This document shows, in pieces, positions 19,497 through 28,369 of a stretch of DNA of 64,000 nucleotides. A program made the position numbers and the translations under genes. The stretch's first letter is position 1; each line of letters starts with the position of its first letter. This DNA comes from a virus. The stretch spans positions 36,330 to 100,329 of the IMG/VR virus record IMGVR_UViG_3300006028_000010; one strand, written 5' to 3'. The notes under the pieces are model-generated. The model was not told the origin of the DNA. It was given only the letters and a program-made list of their open reading frames with translations, and did not search any database.

Positions 19497-19787
19497 TTAT
19501 TCGGTGAGTTCGCGGGCGTCGTCGGGTGCTTTATCTAAATCGGGTTCGCCGGCTGGGCAGTCGAAATGCCGGGCGAGCGCGGCTTCGAGTTCGGGGTCGT
19601 CGGACGCGACCCACGCGGGGGGTTCAGCGGCGAGCCGGGACCACAACCCGTCCCGGTGGGTGATGTTCCGCATCCGGTCCTCGTGGGGGTCCGTGTCGGG
19701 GATGTGGATGGTGGTGATCTGCTGACCGGGTACGGTGTTGCCGTCCGGGTCGAGCGCGGCGTGGTTACCGAGGCGGACAGTGGGCAT
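19497..19787 (-). CDS. Hypothetical protein
   Basis: AAGGAG RBS; PPAWVASDDPEL motif. Confidence 0.6.
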   Translation of the reverse strand: MPTVRLGNHAALDPDGNTVPGQQITTIHIPDTDPHEDRMRNITHRDGLWSRLAAEPPAWVASDDPELEAALARHFDCPAGEPDLDKAPDDARELTE

Positions 19788-19799
19788 AACACAACTCCT

Positions 19800-20153
19800 T
19801 TAGTGATGCGTTTCCTCGCGGTGCCGGCCGGTGGGTTCGTTGGGGGACAGTTGGTGTTTGAGCCGCAGGTCGAGGAGGCTGCTGCCCAGCCAGAGGCATT
19901 GGGTGAACCCGAAACACAGGAACGCGGCGACCCCGGCGACGGCTGGGGTGACGAGCAGCGCACCAGTTCCGAGGAGCACGTAGAGGGCGGCGGCGAACAC
20001 GCGGCAGGCCACGGTGCGGACCAACCCGCGGCGCCGCACATCACCTGCCGTTTTGTTGCGTCGGATGCGGATGAGGGTCACGGTTTGCGCGGTCAACGCG
20101 ACCGTGCTGATGACGAGGAAGGCGCCGGGTGCTGCGTCGAGGGCGAAACTCAT
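19800..20153 (-). CDS. Membrane protein (3 TM), holin-like
   Basis: Three hydrophobic segments. Confidence 0.55.
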   Translation of the reverse strand: MSFALDAAPGAFLVISTVALTAQTVTLIRIRRNKTAGDVRRRGLVRTVACRVFAAALYVLLGTGALLVTPAVAGVAAFLCFGFTQCLWLGSSLLDLRLKHQLSPNEPTGRHREETHH

Positions 20154-20183
20154 CGGTCGGGGCCCCGCCTTCAGGCGTGGGGT

Positions 20184-20636
20184 TTATGACCGCGGGGCCT
20201 CGTCTTCGATGAGTTCCCCACCTTCGGTCATCGCGTCTTCGGCTGCCTGGGAGGCTTCGGCGTTCATCCGCATCCGGTTGGTGACCCGCAGTTCCTCGAT
20301 TTGGCGGTGCGCGATGTCCAGGTCGGTGTGGAGTGTGGCGATGATCGCGGCCATGCGGGAGTTCTCGTCGTGCGCCCTGGTCAATTGTTCGGTGAACCGG
20401 GTGCGGTCCGTGCTGGCATCGCTTTCCGCTTTTTCGAGTCTCGTGTCGAGGGCTTTCACTTGCTCTTGAAGCATGGTCACCAGCGCCGCCGCGGCGGTGA
20501 TTTGGGTGGCGTCGGAGGTGGTGTTGTTCATCCGCAGTTGGGATTTGCGGGTGAACAAGAAAATGAACAGGGGCACGGAGGCTGCGAATATGGCCACCAT
20601 GGAGGTGGTGAGCGCACTGGGCAGGTCGACGGTCAC
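20184..20636 (-). CDS. TM plus coiled-coil protein, lysis-associated type
   Basis: N-terminal TM followed by a heptad-rich region. Confidence 0.6.
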   Translation of the reverse strand: MTVDLPSALTTSMVAIFAASVPLFIFLFTRKSQLRMNNTTSDATQITAAAALVTMLQEQVKALDTRLEKAESDASTDRTRFTEQLTRAHDENSRMAAIIATLHTDLDIAHRQIEELRVTNRMRMNAEASQAAEDAMTEGGELIEDEAPRS

Positions 20637-21091
20637 GAACCGTGGGGGTCGAGCCGGTCACGGTCACGGCCGTCGGTGACCTGAATGTGGACACGCCCCA
20701 ACAAGGAAGCGATGACACAAACATGCCCAGCGGCGGCGAGTAAACCCAACATCCCCAACCCGAGCAGGTCACCGACAACATAAATTCCGCTGCCTAGGGT
20801 GATGAGCACTAGCCCGACAACCTCGTAGAGAGGGTCGTTACGCCAAATCCCCCACAGTTTGGTCACGCTACCAACGGTCCACGCCGCCCCCAGGATACGA
20901 ACGTCGGCGCCGCCGCCCACGTTGGTGAACGCGCGAGAAACGTCCTCACCGAGGATCATGGCGATGATTCCGATGGGGCCCAGGATGATGGGGGTGGTTA
21001 ACCCGGCTTGGTGGTCAACCCAGGCGCGGATGAAACGCGGCACCCAGCCCCGGATCCTGCCGCCGGTGCTCAAAGGGTGTTCCCCGCGCAT
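20633..21091 (-). CDS. Membrane protein (4 TM)
   Basis: Four hydrophobic segments; GTGA coupling to the next gene. Confidence 0.55.
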   Translation of the reverse strand: MRGEHPLSTGGRIRGWVPRFIRAWVDHQAGLTTPIILGPIGIIAMILGEDVSRAFTNVGGGADVRILGAAWTVGSVTKLWGIWRNDPLYEVVGLVLITLGSGIYVVGDLLGLGMLGLLAAAGHVCVIASLLGRVHIQVTDGRDRDRLDPHGS

Positions 21092-22158
21092 TGGTGCCCG
21101 TTGTGGCTGGTCACTAATTTGTCAACGACCTCAGTTAAGGAGTCCACTCTGGCTTGTTCGATCCCTAACGCTGTCCACAACACGCGGACCATTCCCGCGG
21201 TTTGGTCCGCACCTGACGGCTGCCGGGTAGTGCGGTTACCGTCTTTGTTGGCTATCGGGGAGTAGGTGCGGTAGGGGCCGAACCCGGATACTGTGACTTC
21301 GGATCGGCGGGGTTCAACCAACAGGGCGGGAAGGTCTTTGCGTACGGCTTTGACGAGCCACCACACGTCGATGTTTCCGGGACCGTCAGCGAAAATACGG
21401 AAACGACCCCCGGTGGGGTAGGTGGCGGAGAGGACGGGGGTGTCGATCACGTCTCGTACCGTGCGATCGGGTGGGGCTGTCGCGGTGAGATGCACCGACC
21501 GGTTCCCGGTTTCGGTGAGGGATTCGAAATAGGGGGGCAGCGCAACATCTACGAAACCGCCGGTGAGGGTCGCGGCACCCCAGTATTCAACCCCGTTATG
21601 CGGCGCCTCGGTGCAGGCGTGCACCAGCCAACGCTGCGAATCGGTGGGGTGGTCAACAACAAACCCTTTAGGACCGGCGGGTCCAACGGGGCCCACAGGA
21701 CCAACAGGACCCTGCACCTGGGGGAACACATTCCCGAAGTGGTTTCCGTGACTATCCCCGAAGATGACCCCGTCTACCACATCGCCGTGATGGATACCCA
21801 CAGTGTGACCATTGAAATAATACCAATCACCGGTTACTCCGACATCACCGTGGTGGGTGCCGAAGGTGGCCCCGTTCACATTATTTGCGGTGACGGAGTC
21901 CGCTTGCACGGCCCGATAGTTCGAGCCGGACTCGTCCATAACATGCAGCGTGCCTTCACGCATATTGAGGGCGACGTCGTGGCCTTGCGCGGCGAGTAGC
22001 GGGGTCGCCGATGTGGGATCGAGCGCGAGAATGTTCCCCGACGGGTCACGCAGCGCTGGCTGCCCGTGACTCACCGCCCGCGACAAATCCGCCTGGTTCT
22101 GCGCGAGCCGCTTGATGTGGTCCAGTGTGGACGTGTCAATTTCGGGGTGCGCGCCCAT
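21070..22158 (-). CDS. Minor tail protein with short collagen-like repeat
   Basis: GPVGPVGPVGPAGP; FVVDHP...LVHACTEAP...VEYWG domain found at tail spike/fibre C-termini. Confidence 0.7.
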   Translation of the reverse strand: MGAHPEIDTSTLDHIKRLAQNQADLSRAVSHGQPALRDPSGNILALDPTSATPLLAAQGHDVALNMREGTLHVMDESGSNYRAVQADSVTANNVNGATFGTHHGDVGVTGDWYYFNGHTVGIHHGDVVDGVIFGDSHGNHFGNVFPQVQGPVGPVGPVGPAGPKGFVVDHPTDSQRWLVHACTEAPHNGVEYWGAATLTGGFVDVALPPYFESLTETGNRSVHLTATAPPDRTVRDVIDTPVLSATYPTGGRFRIFADGPGNIDVWWLVKAVRKDLPALLVEPRRSEVTVSGFGPYRTYSPIANKDGNRTTRQPSGADQTAGMVRVLWTALGIEQARVDSLTEVVDKLVTSHNGHQCAGNTL

Positions 22159-22173
22159 AGGTTCCCTTCTCCC

Positions 22174-24681
22174 CTATAGTGATTCTGTGCTGGCCAGGGA
22201 CACCCACGGGCTGGCGTCACCCGAGACTTCGGTGATCCGCCGGGTGTACACGTCGGGAATGATGATCGGGTGCCGCCTAATATCGAGCAGCATGGAATCA
22301 CCCACCCGATAGGAGCCGAGGCCGGGTTCACCGTCGGCGCGGGTTTTCACCGTCCATTTGTCAACGGGTAGCGTGTACCGCGCCAGTGAGGCCCGCGCGT
22401 AGGAGTCCAACGCGGCTGGGTCGGCCACCGAACTTTGGGAGGTGTCGACCTCTTCCAACGCGGGGAACCCTTGATCCACCAACTGGTTGTCCACCCACCA
22501 AGACATCAGTTTCTTCTCGTCTTGTCCCGAGCCGGGGACGAACAGCATGCTGGCCATTCGGGCGGCGTCAATGTCTTGGCTGATCAACGAATTGGAATCG
22601 TCGAAAACCCAGGGATCGCTGGTCGACCCAAGGTGCGGGTTGCCGATGTTGAGTTCCCACGCCACATACAGCCCGTCGCGCCCGGTTTGCAGATAGGGGT
22701 CCAAGCGAAAATCTGGGCCGTCTTCTAATGTGACGATGCTGTTGATCGCTTCGGTGGCTGTGACGGTGTCGAACCCTTGGAAGAATCGGGTGACCGATCC
22801 TTGGGTTGAGGGTGGGTTGCTGCACGTGATGGGCAGTTCCCGCCCGGTGCGCCACCACGTGGTTCCCGGGATTTGTGAGGTGGCCGAATCGATGATCTGT
22901 TTGACCATGTCGCCGGGGCTGGTGGGTCCCAGGCTTAACGACCCGGCGGGGTCCGTCAGGACGCGCTTATCGAAAATGCGGGCCAGCTCGGAGGCGCCGA
23001 TATCGATTTTCGGGGTGTCCCCCGGGATGGTGCCCGGCAGGTAGGGGCCGGCGAACACGACAGCGTTGCCCCACACCAGGACCAGCGAGATCCGGTAGGG
23101 GCCGGTCAGGACTTCCCGGAGGGTGGCCCTCGGATCGATCGACCCGGTGGCCGCGATCTGGTCCAAGGCGTCTTCGATGACCAGGGATGCGCGTAGCTGC
23201 CCGACCGCGTTGATCGGGGTGTTCCATTGGATCGACTCGAAGGGTAGTTCCCACCCGATGCGCCCGGTGCGGGTGTCCGCCGCGTAAAGCCGGTACTGCG
23301 GGGTTTGCACCGGGTGGTAGACGCTGCCAGCGGGGGTGACCAAAGCCGGTCGGTAAGAGTCCGCGTTGGCAACAAGCCGGGATGAGACGACCAGGAGTAC
23401 GAGGTCCGAACCGCCGCCTACCAAATATGGGCCGATGACAGTGAATTGCGCGGCAGCGCGCAGCGTAGCCGCTACCGCCGGAACAGTCCCACCGGAAGTT
23501 AATACGGTGATGCTGCGCAGATTCGCGGCCCCAGCCCAGGTGGTGAACAACGTACCCGCGAACCCCGACTGGGCGTTAAGTTGCGCACCAACCGGGATGA
23601 ACCCGAACCCGACAATCCCCAGGCTTGAGGTCGCGGCCAATCCGCCGCCCGCCTTGGCGGGTGTTAACAACCCGGTGGTGACCAGTTGGGAATTCGCCAG
23701 CAGCGCGGTCGGGGGTGTCGTCAACCCGCTGAACAAAGACGTGGCGCTCAAGGTGGCCTGGGACACCGCGTAATACGTCAGCGCCGCGCCCAGATTAGAG
23801 CTGGTCACCAACGTTGCCGCGGCTACAGGTACCGCCGCGCCGGCAACAAGGTTGGATTGCCCCGCTAACGTGGCCGTCAGGAGCTGGGTAGGTGCCGACG
23901 CGGATATGTTCGATGTCGCCGCCAGCGTTGCTGCCCCGGCCGGAAGTGACGCCCCCACCGTCAATGACGATGCGGCAGCCAGCGTCGCCACACCGACCGC
24001 GGCGGCCGTGGGCAGAATCTCTAAAGCGGCGGTGTTGCTCTTGTCCGCGGTGGGCCACGTGCCACCGAACGACGGGGACGTGCCCACCGCAGCTGACGTG
24101 GTGGCGCTAGCCGAACGCCACGCCACAAGCCGTACCGTGTCAGTCGTGTCGTTATAGTCACCACTCGCGACAATGGTAGTAGCCGCATTAGGGGTCAGCG
24201 CCTCATTGATCGAACAGTTATCCGAGATCCCATAAACCCACGACCCGGTAACTGTCAGCGGGACAGTGAGCGCCCCATTAGTGGTGCCCGTCGCATCAAC
24301 CCGTGTGTTAGAACCCGCGCCCGCCTGGCTACTAGCCGCGCCCGTAAGCACCCGAACGGCCAGCATCCGCCCGCCACCAAGATTGGTGAACGTCGCGGAC
24401 ACCGTCATCGCACCCGGCGCGGTAGTCAGATAACGCGTGAATATTTTGGCGACACCACGCGCGGCACTCGCTGTGCCCTGCGCATTAGGCCCCGCGGTCC
24501 ACGTGCCCCCAACGGAGTCCGTGACCGAAGCATCCATGAGGCTGCCGCTGCCCCAACCACCAGCGACCAAAGCGACCAACAGTGACTGCGCGGGGGGCGT
24601 GAACGACGCGGTGGTACACGCCCCCGACGTGCCAGTAACCGGGACAGGCGCCGGGGTTGATGCGTCTTCGGCGATAGCCAC
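22174..24681 (-). CDS. Minor tail (Gp37-like hub) protein with long N-terminal beta/repeat extension
   Basis: C-terminal ~380 aa YRLYAADTRTGRIGWELPF...VFAGP...GPDFRLDP...YRVGD; N-terminal ATLAAxS repeats. Confidence 0.65.
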   Translation of the reverse strand: MAIAEDASTPAPVPVTGTSGACTTASFTPPAQSLLVALVAGGWGSGSLMDASVTDSVGGTWTAGPNAQGTASAARGVAKIFTRYLTTAPGAMTVSATFTNLGGGRMLAVRVLTGAASSQAGAGSNTRVDATGTTNGALTVPLTVTGSWVYGISDNCSINEALTPNAATTIVASGDYNDTTDTVRLVAWRSASATTSAAVGTSPSFGGTWPTADKSNTAALEILPTAAAVGVATLAAASSLTVGASLPAGAATLAATSNISASAPTQLLTATLAGQSNLVAGAAVPVAAATLVTSSNLGAALTYYAVSQATLSATSLFSGLTTPPTALLANSQLVTTGLLTPAKAGGGLAATSSLGIVGFGFIPVGAQLNAQSGFAGTLFTTWAGAANLRSITVLTSGGTVPAVAATLRAAAQFTVIGPYLVGGGSDLVLLVVSSRLVANADSYRPALVTPAGSVYHPVQTPQYRLYAADTRTGRIGWELPFESIQWNTPINAVGQLRASLVIEDALDQIAATGSIDPRATLREVLTGPYRISLVLVWGNAVVFAGPYLPGTIPGDTPKIDIGASELARIFDKRVLTDPAGSLSLGPTSPGDMVKQIIDSATSQIPGTTWWRTGRELPITCSNPPSTQGSVTRFFQGFDTVTATEAINSIVTLEDGPDFRLDPYLQTGRDGLYVAWELNIGNPHLGSTSDPWVFDDSNSLISQDIDAARMASMLFVPGSGQDEKKLMSWWVDNQLVDQGFPALEEVDTSQSSVADPAALDSYARASLARYTLPVDKWTVKTRADGEPGLGSYRVGDSMLLDIRRHPIIIPDVYTRRITEVSGDASPWVSLASTESL

Positions 24682-24812
24682 CCGCCCGCCACCACCTCAC
24701 CTCAACCAGTTACGGGCGGTGACACCTTCGCACGGGTGACAACGTCACATGTTTGCGTTGCTCCACGAGGCTTGACGCAAACACGCAGGTCAAACCAGAC
24801 AATCGGCGCATA

Positions 24813-25226
24813 CTAGGTGAAACTGGCGACGAGCGCCCCTATGGCAAAGCTAAGCGTGTCACCGGCGGCGGTTATACGGGGAGTAGTCAACGCTCCGAAC
24901 CATTCCCGGCGCGGGGTGGCCCCGTTGTCGTAAACCTCGACACCTTGCACACCAGGTGAGCCAACGGCGGGCATCCCGGTGAAGTTGATCGCCGCGACGT
25001 TCGAGTTACTCAACGACGCAGCCGAGGCCATCGTGAACGCTTGCCGCGCGTAGGAGCCGCCAGTGACTTCGGTGCCGGCCGTGGTGGTTGTGCCCACGGT
25101 GCTGCTCAGAGCGAGCCGCATCCCGGAGGTGCCGCCCCCGCCGGTGAGGCTGGGTGCGGTGTAGGTGGCGACCCCGAAGCTCGCGTCTAGTAGCCGGTTG
25201 CCTTCGGTGGTGGTCAACGCTGCCAT
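24813..25226 (-). CDS. Tail fibre-associated protein
   Basis: GTEVTGGSYARQA...FGALTTPRI...GDTLSFAIGAL family pattern. Confidence 0.7.
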   Translation of the reverse strand: MAALTTTEGNRLLDASFGVATYTAPSLTGGGGTSGMRLALSSTVGTTTTAGTEVTGGSYARQAFTMASAASLSNSNVAAINFTGMPAVGSPGVQGVEVYDNGATPRREWFGALTTPRITAAGDTLSFAIGALVASFT

Positions 25227-25553
25227 TTACTTGTCGTCCCTTCCCGGCGGGTCATGGCGCCGCTTTTCTTCCGCGTCTTTCTTCGCCTGGGCGTGCTGCA
25301 ACAGGTGCAGCCGCAGCTGGTGCCCGGTGCGGCCTTCGGCGCCGTGGATCGCGACTTGGATGTCTTCCCACCCGGGCTGCTGGGAGATGACGTAGCAGTC
25401 GTGGTGCCAGTAGATGGGTGGGGCGTCCAGCGCACCGGTGATGAGTTTGGGGTGGTTGTCTCGTTGCCCGCAGGCGATGCAGGTCCGTTCCAGTGCCCCC
25501 ACCCACGCGGGCACCAGCTCGTTGGGGGGAGGCTTTTCGATAGCGTCGGTCAT
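25227..25553 (-). CDS. Hypothetical protein (CxxC-GQxDxHPK)
   Basis: Abuts both neighbours; motif seen in actinophage tail regions. Confidence 0.6.
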   Translation of the reverse strand: MTDAIEKPPPNELVPAWVGALERTCIACGQRDNHPKLITGALDAPPIYWHHDCYVISQQPGWEDIQVAIHGAEGRTGHQLRLHLLQHAQAKKDAEEKRRHDPPGRDDK

Positions 25554-26749
25554 TACAAAAGCTCCATTTCCCCGGTGATACTCAAAATTCCGGCCTGCGG
25601 GTAGTTACCCGAGATGTAGGGGATGCCGGTACCCGTGAATTGGGATGATGTCGACGCGACTTGGTAGTAGCCGAGACGGCAGTCGCTGGACGAGAACGGG
25701 TACTGCGGGTACATCAGGTTCCCGGATGCGAAGATGACCGCGTCGCCAACCCACCGGGTGGTGTTGGTGGCCACATACAGCCAGGTGTGCAGGTGGGTTT
25801 CTTGTTTGGCGAACGCCCCCGCGGGTAGGAGTGTGAATACCGCGCCCCATCCCATGTTGTAGGGGGAGTTGCCCCAGTCGAAGAAGTAGTTGAGTCGCAG
25901 TGTTTTACCGACGGTTTGGTAACGGGCCACGGTTACCGCGCCGGACCCGAGGCTGCAAATTTTGGTGAGGTCGACTGCGCTGCCCGGCCCGCTGGGCTGG
26001 TAGTAGAGGGACGGGGTGAAACTGGACCATCCGGTGAGCGACACGATAGGCACCCACGCCTGTGCGGTGCCCTCCCACCCTTCGTAGGCGAGGGTGGTGA
26101 GGTTGTACCGCATTTGCCCCGGGTAGCCGCCTTGGCGGGTGTCGATTGATGTTGCTGGGTAGATGCCGCCGCGGGCGGTGGCGTACACCCTGCGACCGGA
26201 GATGTCGCTGGTCAAGATTTGGGTGGTGGCTGCCCGGACAGTGACCGCGGCCAGCAGGAAATCGCCTTCGGTGAGCAGCCCGGTGGGTTCCGCCGGGGTT
26301 GATGAGGGGGTGCCCTGAAGGATGACGATGTCCGCGGTGCGTGTCGGGGCGGGGGTGTCCACGTCACCGTCGCGGATGCGGATCACCACGTAGTCGATGC
26401 GCGGGTTGGAGGCGTTAGCGGTGGCGAACGTGATCGGAACAGGTGAGGTGATCGCACCCAGGTACACGCCCCGGTAGGAGCGGGCGATCATGTAGTTGCC
26501 GAAGTTGACTTGGGCGCCCATGTTCGCGGTGGGGGTGTTCGCCGTGACCTGGCAGTCGGTGATGGTGCCGTTGCTGGTTTGGGTGGGGAAAATACCCGAG
26601 CCGAAACCGAACGAGCCGCCACCGGGCAGCCCCTGGCTTAACCCGCCGAGCGCGATCCGCCAGTCGTCGGTTGTGTTGCCTATCCCGTTAGTGACATCCT
26701 TGTGCACGGCGACGGGATCCGTCATTTGGGATAAATTGGAAATTGTCAA
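25553..26749 (-). CDS. Minor tail protein
   Basis: ANASNPRIDYVVIRIRD...GTPSSTP...LAAVTV...GGI; TTG start overlaps the HNH stop. Confidence 0.75.
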   Translation of the reverse strand: MTISNLSQMTDPVAVHKDVTNGIGNTTDDWRIALGGLSQGLPGGGSFGFGSGIFPTQTSNGTITDCQVTANTPTANMGAQVNFGNYMIARSYRGVYLGAITSPVPITFATANASNPRIDYVVIRIRDGDVDTPAPTRTADIVILQGTPSSTPAEPTGLLTEGDFLLAAVTVRAATTQILTSDISGRRVYATARGGIYPATSIDTRQGGYPGQMRYNLTTLAYEGWEGTAQAWVPIVSLTGWSSFTPSLYYQPSGPGSAVDLTKICSLGSGAVTVARYQTVGKTLRLNYFFDWGNSPYNMGWGAVFTLLPAGAFAKQETHLHTWLYVATNTTRWVGDAVIFASGNLMYPQYPFSSSDCRLGYYQVASTSSQFTGTGIPYISGNYPQAGILSITGEMELL

Positions 26750-27345
26750 GCCCCCATCCTGGCCCCCTTGCGCTGGTTGCACACCAGGTGAGCCAATTGG
26801 ACGTTATGTAGCGCGTGAACGCCGCCGCGAGTCAACGGAGTAATATGATCTAGTGTTGGACTTAGCGGGTGTGTGTACTTTACGCCTTTTTGTACAGGCT
26901 CCCCGCACAACTGGCAGATCCAGTTATCACGACGACACACGTCTATCCGAGAAAACGTAGCCATCTCGATACGATAACCCGTACGCCGTTTATACCCGTT
27001 GCGTCGTGTTAGTTCCTTAACAATATCATGATTGTCAGCACGGTAACGCGCCTCTCGTCGGAGAATCATCTCACGCCCAGGCCCTAGCCTACGCGCTTTC
27101 TGTGTACATGAATTGCTGCAAAACCTACGGTTACGCTGGACACCCGCGGGAAGCATTCGGTCACAGCCAGTGCGTTCACAACTCCGAGCGGTTGAAGAGT
27201 CCCCTCGCGCTCTGCGTTCACATCTTAAGCCGACGACATGATGTTTACATGCGCGTGAACAATAAATCTTGTCAGAACGATTAGGTATAAAACGCTTGCC
27301 GCAACGTGTATCCGCGCAAGCGCGCGGGGTATGTATAATCGCCAC
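26746..27345 (-). CDS. Free-standing HNH endonuclease with two N-terminal Cys4 repeats
   Basis: RDNWICQLC...LDHITPLTRGGVH...NVQLAHLVCN; YCSRAC and FCSNSC. Confidence 0.88.
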   Translation of the reverse strand: MAIIHTPRACADTRCGKRFIPNRSDKIYCSRACKHHVVGLRCERRARGDSSTARSCERTGCDRMLPAGVQRNRRFCSNSCTQKARRLGPGREMILRREARYRADNHDIVKELTRRNGYKRRTGYRIEMATFSRIDVCRRDNWICQLCGEPVQKGVKYTHPLSPTLDHITPLTRGGVHALHNVQLAHLVCNQRKGARMGA

Positions 27346-27426
27346 TGTCTGACCTGCCTCACAGGTTGGGCCACGCCCCCGGACGGTTGCGCCCGTCGCG
27401 GGGGTCCGTTTAATCTACGCAGCATA
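27346..27426 (-). promoter_or_regulatory. Nuclease-associated leader, copy 2
   Basis: TATGCT...AAACGGA CCCCCG C GACGG-GCGCAA-CCGTC CGGGGG CGTG GCCCA ACCTG-TGAGG-CAGGT CAGACA GTG. Confidence 0.82.
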
Positions 27427-27436
27427 CAGTAAATGA

Positions 27437-28369
27437 TTAGTACCAAGCTGAGCGCACGGACGCGACGAGCACGGCGGTGGACAGCGCGGACGCTGTGATT
27501 TGGTAGGTCGCGATGTCCTGCGGGTCGATTTGTGGCCAGTCGCCGTTGCGGACGACTTGGGACCACACGTTGGTGGCCCCGTTGAGGAGGGCGCTGTGCC
27601 CTGGTTGGCCCCGTTGTGGGAATTCGTCGCAGTTGATGGTGAGTACGTCACCGGCGAGTAGGGACCCGATGAACAGCAGCGACCAGCCGGAGATGAGGTC
27701 GGTGATTCGCGGCTGGTCAACTGGTCCGGTGATCGAGATGTATGGCCCGACTGGGGCGGTGCCGTAGTTCGCGACTTGCGCCACCGCTGGTGAGCCGCTG
27801 ACGCCGTAGTCCATGCCGTTGGTGAAGTCGACACCCCCGGTGTAGTCGACACCGTCGGTGCTGGGGGTGGGTAGTAGTGAGGTGCGGTCCATCCACGCGG
27901 CTGACCATTTGCGGGGGTCGGGTGCCACGAACTGGGCGCTGACCAGCAACGACTGCCATGTTCTTGGGGCGATCAGCAGCGCGTCGTCTAGTTCGACGAG
28001 CGCTGTTTGCGGGTCGAGGGGCGGGTCGCTGACACTGAGCTCATAAAGCCGGCCACCGTCGGAGCACCACGCGCCTAGTTGTTGTTCAACGAGGCGGATG
28101 GTGGGCGCGTCGGGGGCGGTGACCACGAACTCGATACCGATGATGCGGCTGTCCTGGTATGCCCTCGAGCGGAATGATCCGGCCCCGAACGGTTTCGCGG
28201 TCCGCGCGGTGCGGGGTTTGGGCCGCCCAGCCCAGCCGCTGAGTTTGGTGCACACCCATTCGACCCCGCCGCTATCGACTGGTTGCGGTCCGCCGATCAC
28301 CCGCATCAGCAGCTGAACCCCGTCGAGGGTGACGGTGGATTGGGTGGTGACCGGCGCGAACATTGTCAT
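27437..28369 (-). CDS. Distal tail protein (Dit-like)
   Basis: Follows the tape measure; LSGW...GSF...FVAPDPRK...NYGTAP...ITGP...RSAW. Confidence 0.75.
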   Translation of the reverse strand: MTMFAPVTTQSTVTLDGVQLLMRVIGGPQPVDSGGVEWVCTKLSGWAGRPKPRTARTAKPFGAGSFRSRAYQDSRIIGIEFVVTAPDAPTIRLVEQQLGAWCSDGGRLYELSVSDPPLDPQTALVELDDALLIAPRTWQSLLVSAQFVAPDPRKWSAAWMDRTSLLPTPSTDGVDYTGGVDFTNGMDYGVSGSPAVAQVANYGTAPVGPYISITGPVDQPRITDLISGWSLLFIGSLLAGDVLTINCDEFPQRGQPGHSALLNGATNVWSQVVRNGDWPQIDPQDIATYQITASALSTAVLVASVRSAWY

